NCBI GenBank assembly: GCA_041746255.1
Contig: JBGTHM010000030.1
Coordinates: forward strand, 7,182-71,181
Direction: 5' to 3'
Origin: Fibrobacteria bacterium
Lineage (GTDB): Bacteria; Fibrobacterota; Fibrobacteria; UBA11236
Length of the DNA stretch: 64,000 nt
The notes beneath the pieces are model-generated. The model saw only the letters and a program-made list of their open reading frames with translations, had not been told where the DNA came from and did no database searches. Below, piece by piece: positions 47,806-57,472 of this stretch (position 1 is the first letter of the stretch; each line of letters opens with the position of its first letter). A program made the position numbers and the translations under genes.

Positions 47806-48897
47806 ATGGGCGGAATAAACCGGAAGCGGATTGTGCTTACAGGCGGTGGAACCGCCGGCCATGTTTCGCCCAATTTGGCTTTGGTTCCCGCGCTTAAGGC
47901 TGACGGGTGGGAAATCGAATACATCGGCTCCCACAAGGGAATCGAGAAATCGCTGGTGGAAGCCCAATCCATTTCCTACCATGCCATCTCCTCAGGAAAA
48001 TTGAGACGGTACTTCGATTGGCGTAATTTTACCGATCCCTTCAGCATTCTGCTGGGGGTTTTTCAGGCATTTTACCTCCTGTTCACTCGGCGCCCCCAGG
48101 TGGTTTTTTCCAAGGGCGGCTTCGTCACGGTTCCCGTGGTTTTCGCGGCTTGGTTGTTGCGAATTCCCGCGCTTATTCACGAATCCGACTTGAGCCCAGG
48201 TCTAGCCAATCGACTCTGCATACCCTTCGCGGCCCGCATTTGCTATAGCTTTCCCGAAACCATCCGGCAGCTTCCCATGAATAAGTCGGTCCATACGGGC
48301 ACTCCGATTCGCGCCGAACTTCTTCAAGGCGAGGCTTCCCGGGGTTTGGCGGCGGTGGGATTCGAGGCTGGCGGAGAAGCCAAGCCCGTACTTTTGGTGA
48401 TGGGTGGCAGCCTCGGATCACGCGCGTTGAATCACGCCGTGCGCGCCATTATGCCCGCGCTTACGGCACGGTTTCGGGTGATTCACCTATGCGGCAAAGG
48501 GGGCCGCGATCCCGCTCTGGAGGCAATAGCCGGGTATCGCCAATTTGAATTTTTAGGTAAGGAACTTCCCGATGTTTTCGCCGCCTCCGACCTGGTGCTT
48601 TCCCGGGCAGGCGCCAATGCCTTGTTCGAATTGCTTGCATTGCGCAAGCCTCATTTGCTGGTGCCTTTGTCGCGCGCCGCTTCGCGCGGCGATCAAATCC
48701 TCAATGCCGCGGCATTCGAAAGACTGGGTTACAGCCGGGTAGTCCAGGAGGAGGAATTGAAAGGACCCGACAGGCTTTTGCTTGAATTGGAGATGCTCTG
48801 GTCCGAAAGAGAAGAGCGCTTCACCCGCATGGGAGAAAGCCCCATCGGCGATGCGGCGGAAATCATCCTTGCGCAAATCCGAAACCTGGCCGGATAA
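47806..48897 (+). CDS. murG: Undecaprenyldiphospho-muramoylpentapeptide beta-N-acetylglucosaminyltransferase
   Basis: GGTAGHVSP (cf. GGTGGHVFP), HESD (cf. HEQN) and GGSLGSR (cf. GGSQGAR) align with E. coli MurG across the full length. Confidence 0.8.
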   Translation: MGGINRKRIVLTGGGTAGHVSPNLALVPALKADGWEIEYIGSHKGIEKSLVEAQSISYHAISSGKLRRYFDWRNFTDPFSILLGVFQAFYLLFTRRPQVVFSKGGFVTVPVVFAAWLLRIPALIHESDLSPGLANRLCIPFAARICYSFPETIRQLPMNKSVHTGTPIRAELLQGEASRGLAAVGFEAGGEAKPVLLVMGGSLGSRALNHAVRAIMPALTARFRVIHLCGKGGRDPALEAIAGYRQFEFLGKELPDVFAASDLVLSRAGANALFELLALRKPHLLVPLSRAASRGDQILNAAAFERLGYSRVVQEEELKGPDRLLLELEMLWSEREERFTRMGESPIGDAAEIILAQIRNLAG

Positions 48898-48939
48898 ACC
48901 TGGTCCTCGCGCCTCGCTAAAATTAAAATTAGGGTACTT

Positions 48940-49596
48940 ATGGAAATCATCAAAGAATTTATAGACCTATTTCTCAACCTCGACGTCCATTTAGCGGGAA
49001 TTATCACGGATTACGGTACCTGGACCTATGCCATTTTGTTTCTCATTATTTTCTGTGAAACCGGTCTGGTGGTGACGCCAATACTACCCGGAGACTCGCT
49101 GCTATTCGCTGCCGGCTCGCTGGCCGCCATTACCATACTGGACCCGCATGTAATTGTGGTCTTGTTGATTGTTGCCGCCATACTGGGGGATATGGTCAAT
49201 TATTGGGCGGGTAACTTTTTCGGATCCGCCATCTTCAAAGAAGATGCCCGTTTCCTGAAAAAAGCCTATCTCGATCGCACCTATGATTTCTACGAACGAT
49301 TCGGGGGCAAGACCATCGTTATCGCCCGTTTCGTGCCCATCGTTCGTACCTTCGCGCCCTTCGTGGCCGGTATGGGGCGTATGCGCTACCACCGCTTCTT
49401 CTTTTTCAACGTTTCCGGAGCGATTCTTTGGGTGGTCCTATTTGTCTACGGGGGCTATTGGTTCGGAAATATTCCCATTGTCCAGAAAAACTTCACTCTA
49501 GTCATTCTAGCCATCATCGGACTCTCGGTTTTACCCATGATTATCGAATTCTTCCGGCATCGCAAGGCTGCGGTCGTTCCTCAGCGGATGGACTGA
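48940..49596 (+). CDS. DedA-family membrane protein
   Basis: 218 aa. DedA/SNARE-associated motif region (…CETGLVVTPILPGDSLLFAAG…). Confidence 0.8.
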   Translation: MEIIKEFIDLFLNLDVHLAGIITDYGTWTYAILFLIIFCETGLVVTPILPGDSLLFAAGSLAAITILDPHVIVVLLIVAAILGDMVNYWAGNFFGSAIFKEDARFLKKAYLDRTYDFYERFGGKTIVIARFVPIVRTFAPFVAGMGRMRYHRFFFFNVSGAILWVVLFVYGGYWFGNIPIVQKNFTLVILAIIGLSVLPMIIEFFRHRKAAVVPQRMD

Positions 49597-49630
49597 ATCC
49601 CCACAGGGGATTGTTACCTTTCCAAACATT

Positions 49631-50803
49631 ATGCGTTATGAAGACCGCGGAGCCTCCGCCGATAAACACGAAGTTCATGCCGCCTTGAAAGGGCGCGACG
49701 GAGGGCTCTTTCCGGGCGCCTTTTGTAAAATCCTGCCCGATACCCTGACGGGAAGCCCCGACCATTGCCTAATCATCCATGCCGACGGAGCGGGCACCAA
49801 ATCCATTCTCGCCTATTTGCATTGGCGCGAAACCGGAGATGCTACCGTCTTTAAGGGAATCGCGCAGGATTCCCTGGTGATGAATCTCGATGACCTGTTC
49901 TGCGTAGGAGCCACGGGCCCCTTTCTACTTTCCAATACCATCGGTCGTAACGCAAAGTTGATTTCTGGAGAAGTTATCGCGGCGCTGGTGGATGGCTATC
50001 GCGATTTATGCGGGACTTTTGCGGGATTAGGCATTGAAATCCACTCGGGCGGCGGTGAAACCGCGGACATGGGTGATAGTATTCGGACGCTGGTCGTGGA
50101 TTCCACCCTGGTCACCCGCTGTAAACGCTCCGAGATTATCACCGGAGAGAAAATCCGTCCCGGTCTGGTGATAGTAGGGTTGGCTTCGGGTGGGCGTGCC
50201 CAATACGAAACCCGGGAGAATTCCGGATTGGGCAGTAATGGATTCACTTCCATTCGTCACGAAATTCTTTCCCCGTATTACAAAGAAAAATACCCTGAAA
50301 TATATGCACCCGAAATTGAGCCCTTGGCCTATATGGGTAAGTACCGTCTGGAAGACGTATTGTCCGGTAGCGAGCTGACCATTGGAGAGGCTTTACGTTC
50401 ACCCACCCGGACCTATGCTCCGGTTTTACGGCAAGTCTTGGCAAAGCACCGCGACTCCGTGGCTGCCATCTTTCATAATACCGGCGGGGGACAAACCAAA
50501 TGCCTGCGTTTCGGCCAGGGAATTCTTTATATCAAGGATAACCTCTTCGAACCGCCCCCCCTATTCCGCTTATTGGAGCAGGAGTCGGCCTTGGGCGAAA
50601 AGGAGCTTTACCGTTCCTTGAACATGGGCCACCGTATGGAGATTCTATGTGAGCCGACAGCTGCAAATGCCATCGTGACTATTGCCGCCGGATTCGGAAT
50701 CGCCGCCCAAATCGTGGGTCGCACCGAACCAGGGCCTGCGGGAAACCGGCTGGTTATCCGGCGAGGCGGCCAAGAGTTCGAATTCGAATTGGGTTCCCAC
50801 TAA
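49631..50803 (+). CDS. AIR-synthase-related (PurM-like) family protein
   Basis: PurM-like N- and C-domains (DGAGTKS..., GGGETADMGD). It does not look like canonical PurM, HypE or SelD. Confidence 0.55.
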   Translation: MRYEDRGASADKHEVHAALKGRDGGLFPGAFCKILPDTLTGSPDHCLIIHADGAGTKSILAYLHWRETGDATVFKGIAQDSLVMNLDDLFCVGATGPFLLSNTIGRNAKLISGEVIAALVDGYRDLCGTFAGLGIEIHSGGGETADMGDSIRTLVVDSTLVTRCKRSEIITGEKIRPGLVIVGLASGGRAQYETRENSGLGSNGFTSIRHEILSPYYKEKYPEIYAPEIEPLAYMGKYRLEDVLSGSELTIGEALRSPTRTYAPVLRQVLAKHRDSVAAIFHNTGGGQTKCLRFGQGILYIKDNLFEPPPLFRLLEQESALGEKELYRSLNMGHRMEILCEPTAANAIVTIAAGFGIAAQIVGRTEPGPAGNRLVIRRGGQEFEFELGSH

Positions 50804-50854
50804 ACCAGCGGCTGTGGATTTCGGTATCGAGACGCTACCAGGCGGTTGTGGGCT

Positions 50855-52432
50855 CTAGTGGGCGCCAATACCGCGTATGCAGGAAAAAACCGTGCGTAGC
50901 AGAATGACCAGGTCCAGCAACAAACTTTGGTTGTTGATGTAGTAGATGTCGTAGTCCATGTTTTCATGGATGGCGTTTTTACGGTCGGCGCTGATTTGCC
51001 ACAGTCCGGTAATCCCCGGTTTCACGTTGAGGCGTTGGCGCTGGAGCTCGTTGTATTGCTGCACGATGAAAGGCATTTCCGGACGGGGCCCGACCAGACT
51101 CATGCTGCCGGTAAGCACATTCCAGAGCTGAGGCAGCTCGTCCAGAGAGCTGCGGCGCAGGAATCGACCGATGGGAGTGATTCGGGTATCGTGTCCGTCC
51201 TGAGGCGTGAATGCATATATCGGAGAGTCGACGTACATGGAACGGAATTTGTAAAAGCGGAATTTGCGTCCGTTCTTTCCCACTCGCTTTTGTACGAAAA
51301 ACACCGGCCCTTTGCTGGTCAATTTAACGATGAGAGCCAACCCGAGAAGCAGGGGGCTGAGCGCAATCAGCAAAATAGCGGAGGCCATGATGTCGAAAAT
51401 ACGCTTGATGAGCATGGTCTTGAAGGAGTAAGTGGGTTCACTCACGCCGATAAGCGGAATGCCTTCGACTTCGGTGACCTTTACACGCTGTATCACGATA
51501 TCGTAGAGGGAAGGAACGATTTGAAAATCGCACCCGGTTTTACGGCAAACGTTGAGGATGTCGATGACCACTTTCGAAGGCACTTGCGGCAGGGCGATGA
51601 ACAAACGCTTGGCGCCCGTTTCACGAATCACATTGATAAGAGTGGAGAAATCGCCGAGAACCGGGAACTCCTGAACCTGGCCCCGATGCATCTGGGGGCT
51701 ATCGTCGATGAAACCCGCCACATGGTAACCAAGCTTGGGAGATTGTTTGAATTTTTCCAGTAGCTTCCTGCCGACTACCCCTGCTCCATAAATCAGGACG
51801 GTGGTTTCGAAGAAACCCCTGCGGCGCAGGTAGTTGTTGAACTTGAAAAAGGCGTAACGTTGGAAAATCAGGAAGGTGAGCATGCAGCCCCAGGTGAGCA
51901 CGAAAACGCCACGGCTGAAATACAGTTGGTGGGCCAGATACAGAATCCCAAGGGTAGCCAGACAAGCTTTAATCCAAGTCTTGAGAATGAGTTCGAATTC
52001 GCGCACGTTCATGAGGCTGCGTTGCGGTTTGTAAAGACCATGGATTTCGAGTCCCAGCAGCGTAGTGACCAGAGTTACGGCAAGCAAGCTCGTATAGCGA
52101 CTGAGCGATTCTTTTTCGTAGAGATCGATAGCGACATAGGGGCCCACCAAACTCCATAGCCAATAGCCCGCAAGGAAGCTGAGACAAATGGTGACGGCGT
52201 CCGCAGCTACTTGAATGACAGTCAGTATTTGGCGGTAGTGAACCAGGTTTCGCAGAACACGGGTGGGTTGCGAAACCGGGCGATTTTGTGGCGGTATACT
52301 CAGGACTGATGACTCATCCGTAACCTGCGGATTTTTAAATACCGGTTCAGGCTCGCCGAGGGCGGGAGGGGTTTTCGTCGCTTCCGACGAAACGTCCGCT
52401 TTGACCTTAAGGTTTAGGTCGGTTATTTGCAT
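50855..52432 (-). CDS. Polyprenyl-phosphate sugar phosphotransferase (bacterial sugar transferase, WbaP/EpsB-like priming glycosyltransferase)
   Basis: C-terminal catalytic domain KRIFDIMASAILL...KGPVFFVQKRVGKNGRKFRFYKFRSM...DELPQLWNVLTGSMSLVGPRP. N-terminal TM helices and a CoA-binding-like region. Confidence 0.85.
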   Translation of the reverse strand: MQITDLNLKVKADVSSEATKTPPALGEPEPVFKNPQVTDESSVLSIPPQNRPVSQPTRVLRNLVHYRQILTVIQVAADAVTICLSFLAGYWLWSLVGPYVAIDLYEKESLSRYTSLLAVTLVTTLLGLEIHGLYKPQRSLMNVREFELILKTWIKACLATLGILYLAHQLYFSRGVFVLTWGCMLTFLIFQRYAFFKFNNYLRRRGFFETTVLIYGAGVVGRKLLEKFKQSPKLGYHVAGFIDDSPQMHRGQVQEFPVLGDFSTLINVIRETGAKRLFIALPQVPSKVVIDILNVCRKTGCDFQIVPSLYDIVIQRVKVTEVEGIPLIGVSEPTYSFKTMLIKRIFDIMASAILLIALSPLLLGLALIVKLTSKGPVFFVQKRVGKNGRKFRFYKFRSMYVDSPIYAFTPQDGHDTRITPIGRFLRRSSLDELPQLWNVLTGSMSLVGPRPEMPFIVQQYNELQRQRLNVKPGITGLWQISADRKNAIHENMDYDIYYINNQSLLLDLVILLRTVFSCIRGIGAH

Positions 52433-52783
52433 ACATTCTTAAGAAGTTTAAAAAAATAAACGCCGGTTACCATAGAAGCTAGATAAATTTCCCTATTACC
52501 CAAAAGTATTAATTGAAAAAATCTTTTCGATTCTACCCTTAGTCCAAATAAAAAACAAGTAAGGGTGATTAATTATTTTGCGAATTTTGGGTTTTGTGGT
52601 GGTAAGGTCCAGGCTGAAGCGTTTTCTCCCAGCCGACCGCGTAAGTAAGTATTATAATCTAATTCCAGCTCACCGGATAAGGGATTCGGGCCGTTGATAA
52701 ATGAGCTGATGGGAAATATCGGTTACTGGGTGGAACATGGCCCATTTTTTTCTCTATAGGGGGATTTACCCCGGGGTTAACCC
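52433..52783. promoter_or_regulatory. AT-rich ~350-bp divergent intergenic region
   Basis: GC drops sharply (runs such as aaaaaaataaacgcc, ttaattgaaaaaatctttt) between divergently oriented genes. It is a likely promoter hub. Confidence 0.4.
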
Positions 52784-53275
52784 ATGAAACTTACCATGCA
52801 CTGGGGATGCTTCCTACTTGCCTATGCGACCGTTTTTGGCGGGAAGCAGAAGGTGGTGGTGATACTTAAGGAACCGTTACGCGCGGAAAATGTGGAAATC
52901 CGCCTCCCCGAATTAACCTCCGCGCGTGGAGAAGTCCGTGATCTGGAAAAAACCTTATGGTTGGGCGAACCCCTCCGTGAGGATCGGGCCGTCGAAGCGG
53001 TAGCCAAAAAGTCTCTGGATTTGAAAATCCAAGCGACGGGTAGGCAAGGAGCCCAAATCACCCTGGTTCTACCGGATGCGGGCTATGTCGAGCTGACTCT
53101 GCGTGATTTTTATGGGAAAAATCTGCAATCTATCGCCGAGGGTCAATTTCAAGCGGGCACTTTTTCCTATCAAATGCGTTCCTCCACCGAGGAGGAAAAG
53201 CAGGGAATTCGTTTCTTAACCCTTAAGGTAGACGGGCGGGTCGTTCTCAAAAAGGTGCTCACCCGGGTTCAATAG
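52784..53275 (+). CDS. Small secreted protein with a T9SS (Por-type) C-terminal sorting domain
   Basis: The C-terminus YVELTLRDFYGKNLQSI...GTFSYQM...GIRFLTLKVDGRVVLKKVL matches the Por_Secre_tail pattern. Confidence 0.45.
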   Translation: MKLTMHWGCFLLAYATVFGGKQKVVVILKEPLRAENVEIRLPELTSARGEVRDLEKTLWLGEPLREDRAVEAVAKKSLDLKIQATGRQGAQITLVLPDAGYVELTLRDFYGKNLQSIAEGQFQAGTFSYQMRSSTEEEKQGIRFLTLKVDGRVVLKKVLTRVQ

Positions 53276-53277
53276 CG

Positions 53278-55791
53278 ATGAGAAACCTCCGCAAAGATTT
53301 CGCCAAGCTTCTCTGCGTGTCGCTATTAGCGCCCGTCGTAGTGCATGCCTTGAACGGGTTCGAAGTCGAGGGGGGGCAGGTGGGGCAAAGAGTGCTTACC
53401 CTGGCCATAGACGATTCGGTGCGGCTCCCTGACCTTTCCAAACTCCAGGTAAGCGGTCATCAAATACAAGCGGCCGTCTTTATTGAAGAATACGATTTGC
53501 CCTTCGTCGTCTCCCCGAATCTGGTGGACGCCGTCGCGGACCCCACGCTTCGGGTTATTCGACAGGTGCGGCCGGGCCTGTATGAATTCGAAAGTTCCGC
53601 CGGGTTTCTTCCCCGTCAGGGCATGATTCTCAGCGATACCGCATTGGGGGGAGTGTTGGTGCGGGTCAACCGATTCGAACCGACGCCAGGCAAGGGAGGA
53701 TTCCGGCGCCGCTGGATGCTCGAAACCGTTCCGGCGGCATTGACCGACGCCATTTTTTCCTGTGATCTTTTTTTCAGCACCGATATTAATCTGAACTTGG
53801 CATTTCGCGAACGCAAAGGCTCGCGAGAGGTGGAGGATATCGGTACGGGCGCCGGGCTTCCCGAAAACGGTCTCCTGGAATTCTCGCTCTTGGATGGGAA
53901 GGTACTGGCCAGTCCCCGTTTAACGGGCCGCTTACGCATCAATGATGGGCGGGTTGAGGTCTTCACGTCCTCCGTTGAGGGAGAGTTCGAATATATCGGG
54001 AAAATGGAAAGCTCCCTGCAGGGTGTGGGAAATTATCGCCTTGAAGAAGCGCTTCCCGAAGGTATCGCTATCAACATCCCTCTCGAGAAGGGACTTTTCT
54101 TGCGAATTTCGCATCGAGCTCAATTCATCGTCGAAGCCTCTTCGATTACCGGTACTCTAACCGGGCGGGCGGGACTGGACCTGAAAAGCCGCGTTCGCAG
54201 TTCTCTCGATTTTGCCAAGGGCGAATGGAACCCGACCTCGCATTACACTCTTTTGCCCAATTCCAAAACCAGACAACACGTGGAAGGTGAGGGAAGCATG
54301 AAGCTTACACTGCAGTCCAACCTTGACGTACGTCTTAACGGTCGCCAGGGTCCGGTGCACATTTTCGAGCCATACATGCGGTTATCTTCCGAGAGCCTGT
54401 CATCCGCCCCCGCATCCCCCTTCGACCCCGCCGGTCGCGGTACCAATCGTTTTGTCAATGTGGGATTACACTCCCACCTGTTTCTAGGAGTCAATCTGGA
54501 TGGGGAGGCGGTCAGACGAAATTTCCAGGTATTTTCCCGGGAGCTGCCTTTCCTGGCTCCCCCGGCTCGAGGAGCACTTTCCCTGAGGGAGGTTGACTCG
54601 AGCCAGGCGGTGCTGGTTTACCATGGTCCTCCCGGGGTGGAAGCTTTTCAAGTCCAGGTTTGGGAAGAAGGGCAATGGTGGAATTGGTCGGAATCACCCG
54701 GTCCCCGTATCCGGCTTTCCGGCCTGGCTCCGGGAAAAACCTATCGTGTGCGTGTCGTAGGCATCAACGCCATGGGTTCAGGTGAACCCTTTCCCCAGGA
54801 TGGCCTGAGTTTCACCACTGCCCAAAGGAACCAACCTCCTTTTGTTCCCGAAGCTTATTTTCCGTATCCCGGCGCTTTAGCCGGCCAATTGAATATCGAA
54901 CTTTCTTGGAAGGGGGGAGACCCGGACGGCGATGAAGTCTTTTACGATGTTTATCTGGATACGTTGTTACCACCTAAACAGCAAGTGAGTCAGGGTATAA
55001 AGGATTCCAGCCATATCCAGGCAGGCTTAAAGCCTGGCACACGCTATTACTGGAAAATCGTGGCCAATGACGGAAATGTCGCAACCGAAAGTCCGACCTG
55101 GAGTTTTACCACCTTGGAGGCTCCCCAGGTAGCCAAGCCCCGGGTTCACCCGGAGCCCTCAGAGATGCTATTCCTGCCGGGTGGATCGTTTCTGAGAAAG
55201 GATGGAAGGCGCGTCGAGGTTCGCAAATTCTTCCTTCAGAAATATGAAGTGAATCAAGCGGATTTCCGCAAGGTGATGGGCATCAATCCTTCCCACCACC
55301 ATAACGATGCCTACCCCGTAGAAAAGGTTTTGTGGGAAGAGGCTGCGACCTATTGTAGGGAAATCGGCGGCCGGCTTCCCACGGAAGCGGAGTGGGAATA
55401 TGCGGCCCGCGCGGGGTTTTCCGGGGGCGATTTCTGGGGGAATCCAAATCCGGATCAATACGCCTGGTACTTCACCAATTCCAGTCAACGTACGCATAGG
55501 GTGGGCAAAAAAGATGCCAATCCCTGGGGTTTGCATGATGTTCTGGGCAATGTCTCGGAATGGGTGCAAGATTGGTATGGAGAGTATTCTCCCGATGATC
55601 TGGATAACCCTACCGGGCCCGAAACGGGGACGACCAAGGTGGTTAGGGGCGCGAGCTGGTACAGTGAGCCGCAAAGCCTCAATCCCACCAAACGTTTCTC
55701 CAATCGTCCGGGCTTCCGGAATTATAAAGTGGGTTTCCGTTGCGCCGCCGACGTGGGATCCGACGACCGGATAAGTTCAACGGACGATTGA
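53278..55791 (+). CDS. Large secreted multidomain protein with fibronectin type III-like domains and a C-terminal FGE-sulfatase (SUMF1-like) domain that is probably non-catalytic
   Basis: FGE-domain motifs (FLQKYEVNQADF, RLPTEAEWEYAARAG, WGLHDVLGNVSEWVQDWY, VVRGASW). The paired catalytic Cys of formylglycine-generating enzymes are absent. Confidence 0.6.
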   Translation: MRNLRKDFAKLLCVSLLAPVVVHALNGFEVEGGQVGQRVLTLAIDDSVRLPDLSKLQVSGHQIQAAVFIEEYDLPFVVSPNLVDAVADPTLRVIRQVRPGLYEFESSAGFLPRQGMILSDTALGGVLVRVNRFEPTPGKGGFRRRWMLETVPAALTDAIFSCDLFFSTDINLNLAFRERKGSREVEDIGTGAGLPENGLLEFSLLDGKVLASPRLTGRLRINDGRVEVFTSSVEGEFEYIGKMESSLQGVGNYRLEEALPEGIAINIPLEKGLFLRISHRAQFIVEASSITGTLTGRAGLDLKSRVRSSLDFAKGEWNPTSHYTLLPNSKTRQHVEGEGSMKLTLQSNLDVRLNGRQGPVHIFEPYMRLSSESLSSAPASPFDPAGRGTNRFVNVGLHSHLFLGVNLDGEAVRRNFQVFSRELPFLAPPARGALSLREVDSSQAVLVYHGPPGVEAFQVQVWEEGQWWNWSESPGPRIRLSGLAPGKTYRVRVVGINAMGSGEPFPQDGLSFTTAQRNQPPFVPEAYFPYPGALAGQLNIELSWKGGDPDGDEVFYDVYLDTLLPPKQQVSQGIKDSSHIQAGLKPGTRYYWKIVANDGNVATESPTWSFTTLEAPQVAKPRVHPEPSEMLFLPGGSFLRKDGRRVEVRKFFLQKYEVNQADFRKVMGINPSHHHNDAYPVEKVLWEEAATYCREIGGRLPTEAEWEYAARAGFSGGDFWGNPNPDQYAWYFTNSSQRTHRVGKKDANPWGLHDVLGNVSEWVQDWYGEYSPDDLDNPTGPETGTTKVVRGASWYSEPQSLNPTKRFSNRPGFRNYKVGFRCAADVGSDDRISSTDD

Positions 55792-55827
55792 TTTTTAGTA
55801 TGCTTAGCCTCTGATGAGAGCTCCGAC

Positions 55828-57333
55828 ATGAGCCGGCTTAAGGCATTGGGTAAAGAATCGCTGATATACGGCGTATCTTCCATCCTCAGCCGCTTCCTCA
55901 ATTTTCTTCTGGTTCCCTTTTATACCCATGTGCTCACCACCGCGGAATTCGGTGTCAGTTATATCATTTTCGCCTTCCTGGCCTTTCTGAATATCGTCTA
56001 TCAATTCGGGCTCGATTCGGCCTACCTGCGCCTCGGCGCCGATGCCGAAGGGGATGCGCGCCGGAAAATCTTCTCCTCCGCCTTTTGGAGCCAGGCGGCG
56101 CTCATGGGCTGTTTGTCGATAGGGCTTTATTTCCTCTTCCCTTCCCTAGGCCGCGCCTTTTTAGTGCCGGACGAATACCACCCGCTTTTGACCATCGCCA
56201 TCGGAATTCTGATTCTCGATACCTTGACGGTAACTCCCTTTGCGCACTTGCGCTTAACCCACAAGGCTTGGGCTTACGCGTCCATTCGTCTGGGCAACGT
56301 GCTTATCAACGTGGGCGCGAATCTGTATCTGGTACTGGTTTTGAAAATGGGCCTCATGGGAATCTTTCTTGCCAACCTGCTCGCCAGCGGGGTCACCTTG
56401 GCGTTACTCCTTCCCGTCATCGTTTCGCAATTGCGGCTGCGGTGGTCGAAGCCGGAAATGCGGGCCTTGCTGCTGTTCGGCTTGCCGTTGGTTCCGGCCG
56501 GGCTGTACGGAATCGTGAACGAAATGGCGGGCCGGCTGTTTCTCAAAATGCTCGGGCCCGACGACATCGCGCGTCTCTATCCCGGAAGCGGTTATACGGT
56601 GCTGGAGCTGACGGGGATTTTTTCGGCGGCCTGGAAGTTGGGCGTCTTCGGTTTGCTGTTGGTGCAGATGTACCGCATGGCCTGGCAGCCTTTCTTTTTG
56701 CAGCGCTATAAAGATGCCGACGCGCCCCAGCTCTTCGGGCGCGTGTTGCGGGTTCTGACGCTTTTCGTATGTGGCGCCTCCATCGCCCTGATGCTTTTCC
56801 TCGACAAGCTGGTGGCGCTGGAATTCTTCGGACGTAATCTGATCCACCGCGATTTCTGGCCCGGGCTCGAAATCGTGCCCGCAGTCCTTTTATCCTATGC
56901 CTTTCAGGCCTGGTTCGTGCATTTCACCCTGGGCGTGTACATTGCGAAACAGACGCGTTACCTCATCTGGTGCAACGGAGTGGGGGCGGCCATTACGGTT
57001 GCGGGCAATTTTCTGCTTGTGCCCCGCTTCGGGCTTTGGGGCGCCGTATTGGCGGCCAATTTCTGCTATCTGGTCATGGCCTTCATGCTCTACCGCCGCA
57101 GCCAACGGCTGTTCCCTATCGCCGTGGAATGGCGGAAAATGGCCCCTGTGCTGATTTGGGCCGGTTTAGGCTGGACACTGGGAACGGCTATTCAAATCGA
57201 TCCCAGCTTGCTGGGGTGGTTGGGCCGTATCGGCGCCCTCGCCCTTTTCATTGTGATTCCCTTTGTGCTGGGAGGCATTTCGCGCGCGGAGAGGGGTCAA
57301 TTGCTTTCGATGCTGGGTTCCAAACGGTCCTAG
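55828..57333 (+). CDS. Wzx-like oligosaccharide flippase / polysaccharide biosynthesis family membrane protein
   Basis: 501 aa, ~12-14 TM helices, MOP-flippase-like N-terminus (ESLIYGVSSILSRFLNFLLVPFYTHVLT). Confidence 0.7.
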   Translation: MSRLKALGKESLIYGVSSILSRFLNFLLVPFYTHVLTTAEFGVSYIIFAFLAFLNIVYQFGLDSAYLRLGADAEGDARRKIFSSAFWSQAALMGCLSIGLYFLFPSLGRAFLVPDEYHPLLTIAIGILILDTLTVTPFAHLRLTHKAWAYASIRLGNVLINVGANLYLVLVLKMGLMGIFLANLLASGVTLALLLPVIVSQLRLRWSKPEMRALLLFGLPLVPAGLYGIVNEMAGRLFLKMLGPDDIARLYPGSGYTVLELTGIFSAAWKLGVFGLLLVQMYRMAWQPFFLQRYKDADAPQLFGRVLRVLTLFVCGASIALMLFLDKLVALEFFGRNLIHRDFWPGLEIVPAVLLSYAFQAWFVHFTLGVYIAKQTRYLIWCNGVGAAITVAGNFLLVPRFGLWGAVLAANFCYLVMAFMLYRRSQRLFPIAVEWRKMAPVLIWAGLGWTLGTAIQIDPSLLGWLGRIGALALFIVIPFVLGGISRAERGQLLSMLGSKRS

Positions 57334-57472
57334 ATTTACCCTCGACTTTTTTGAGCCGATCGATTCTGCTAGGGGCGCTCCCCGGCAAAGCCTATATTCA
57401 GCGGCAGGATATGGGGCAGGGATGCGCCGATATTCGGCAAGCTGGTAACCGGCATCAGCGGAGTCGTAATCC

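Noticed and set aside
53278-55791. Calling the C-terminal domain an active formylglycine-generating enzyme
   Set aside because: The paired active-site cysteines are missing.
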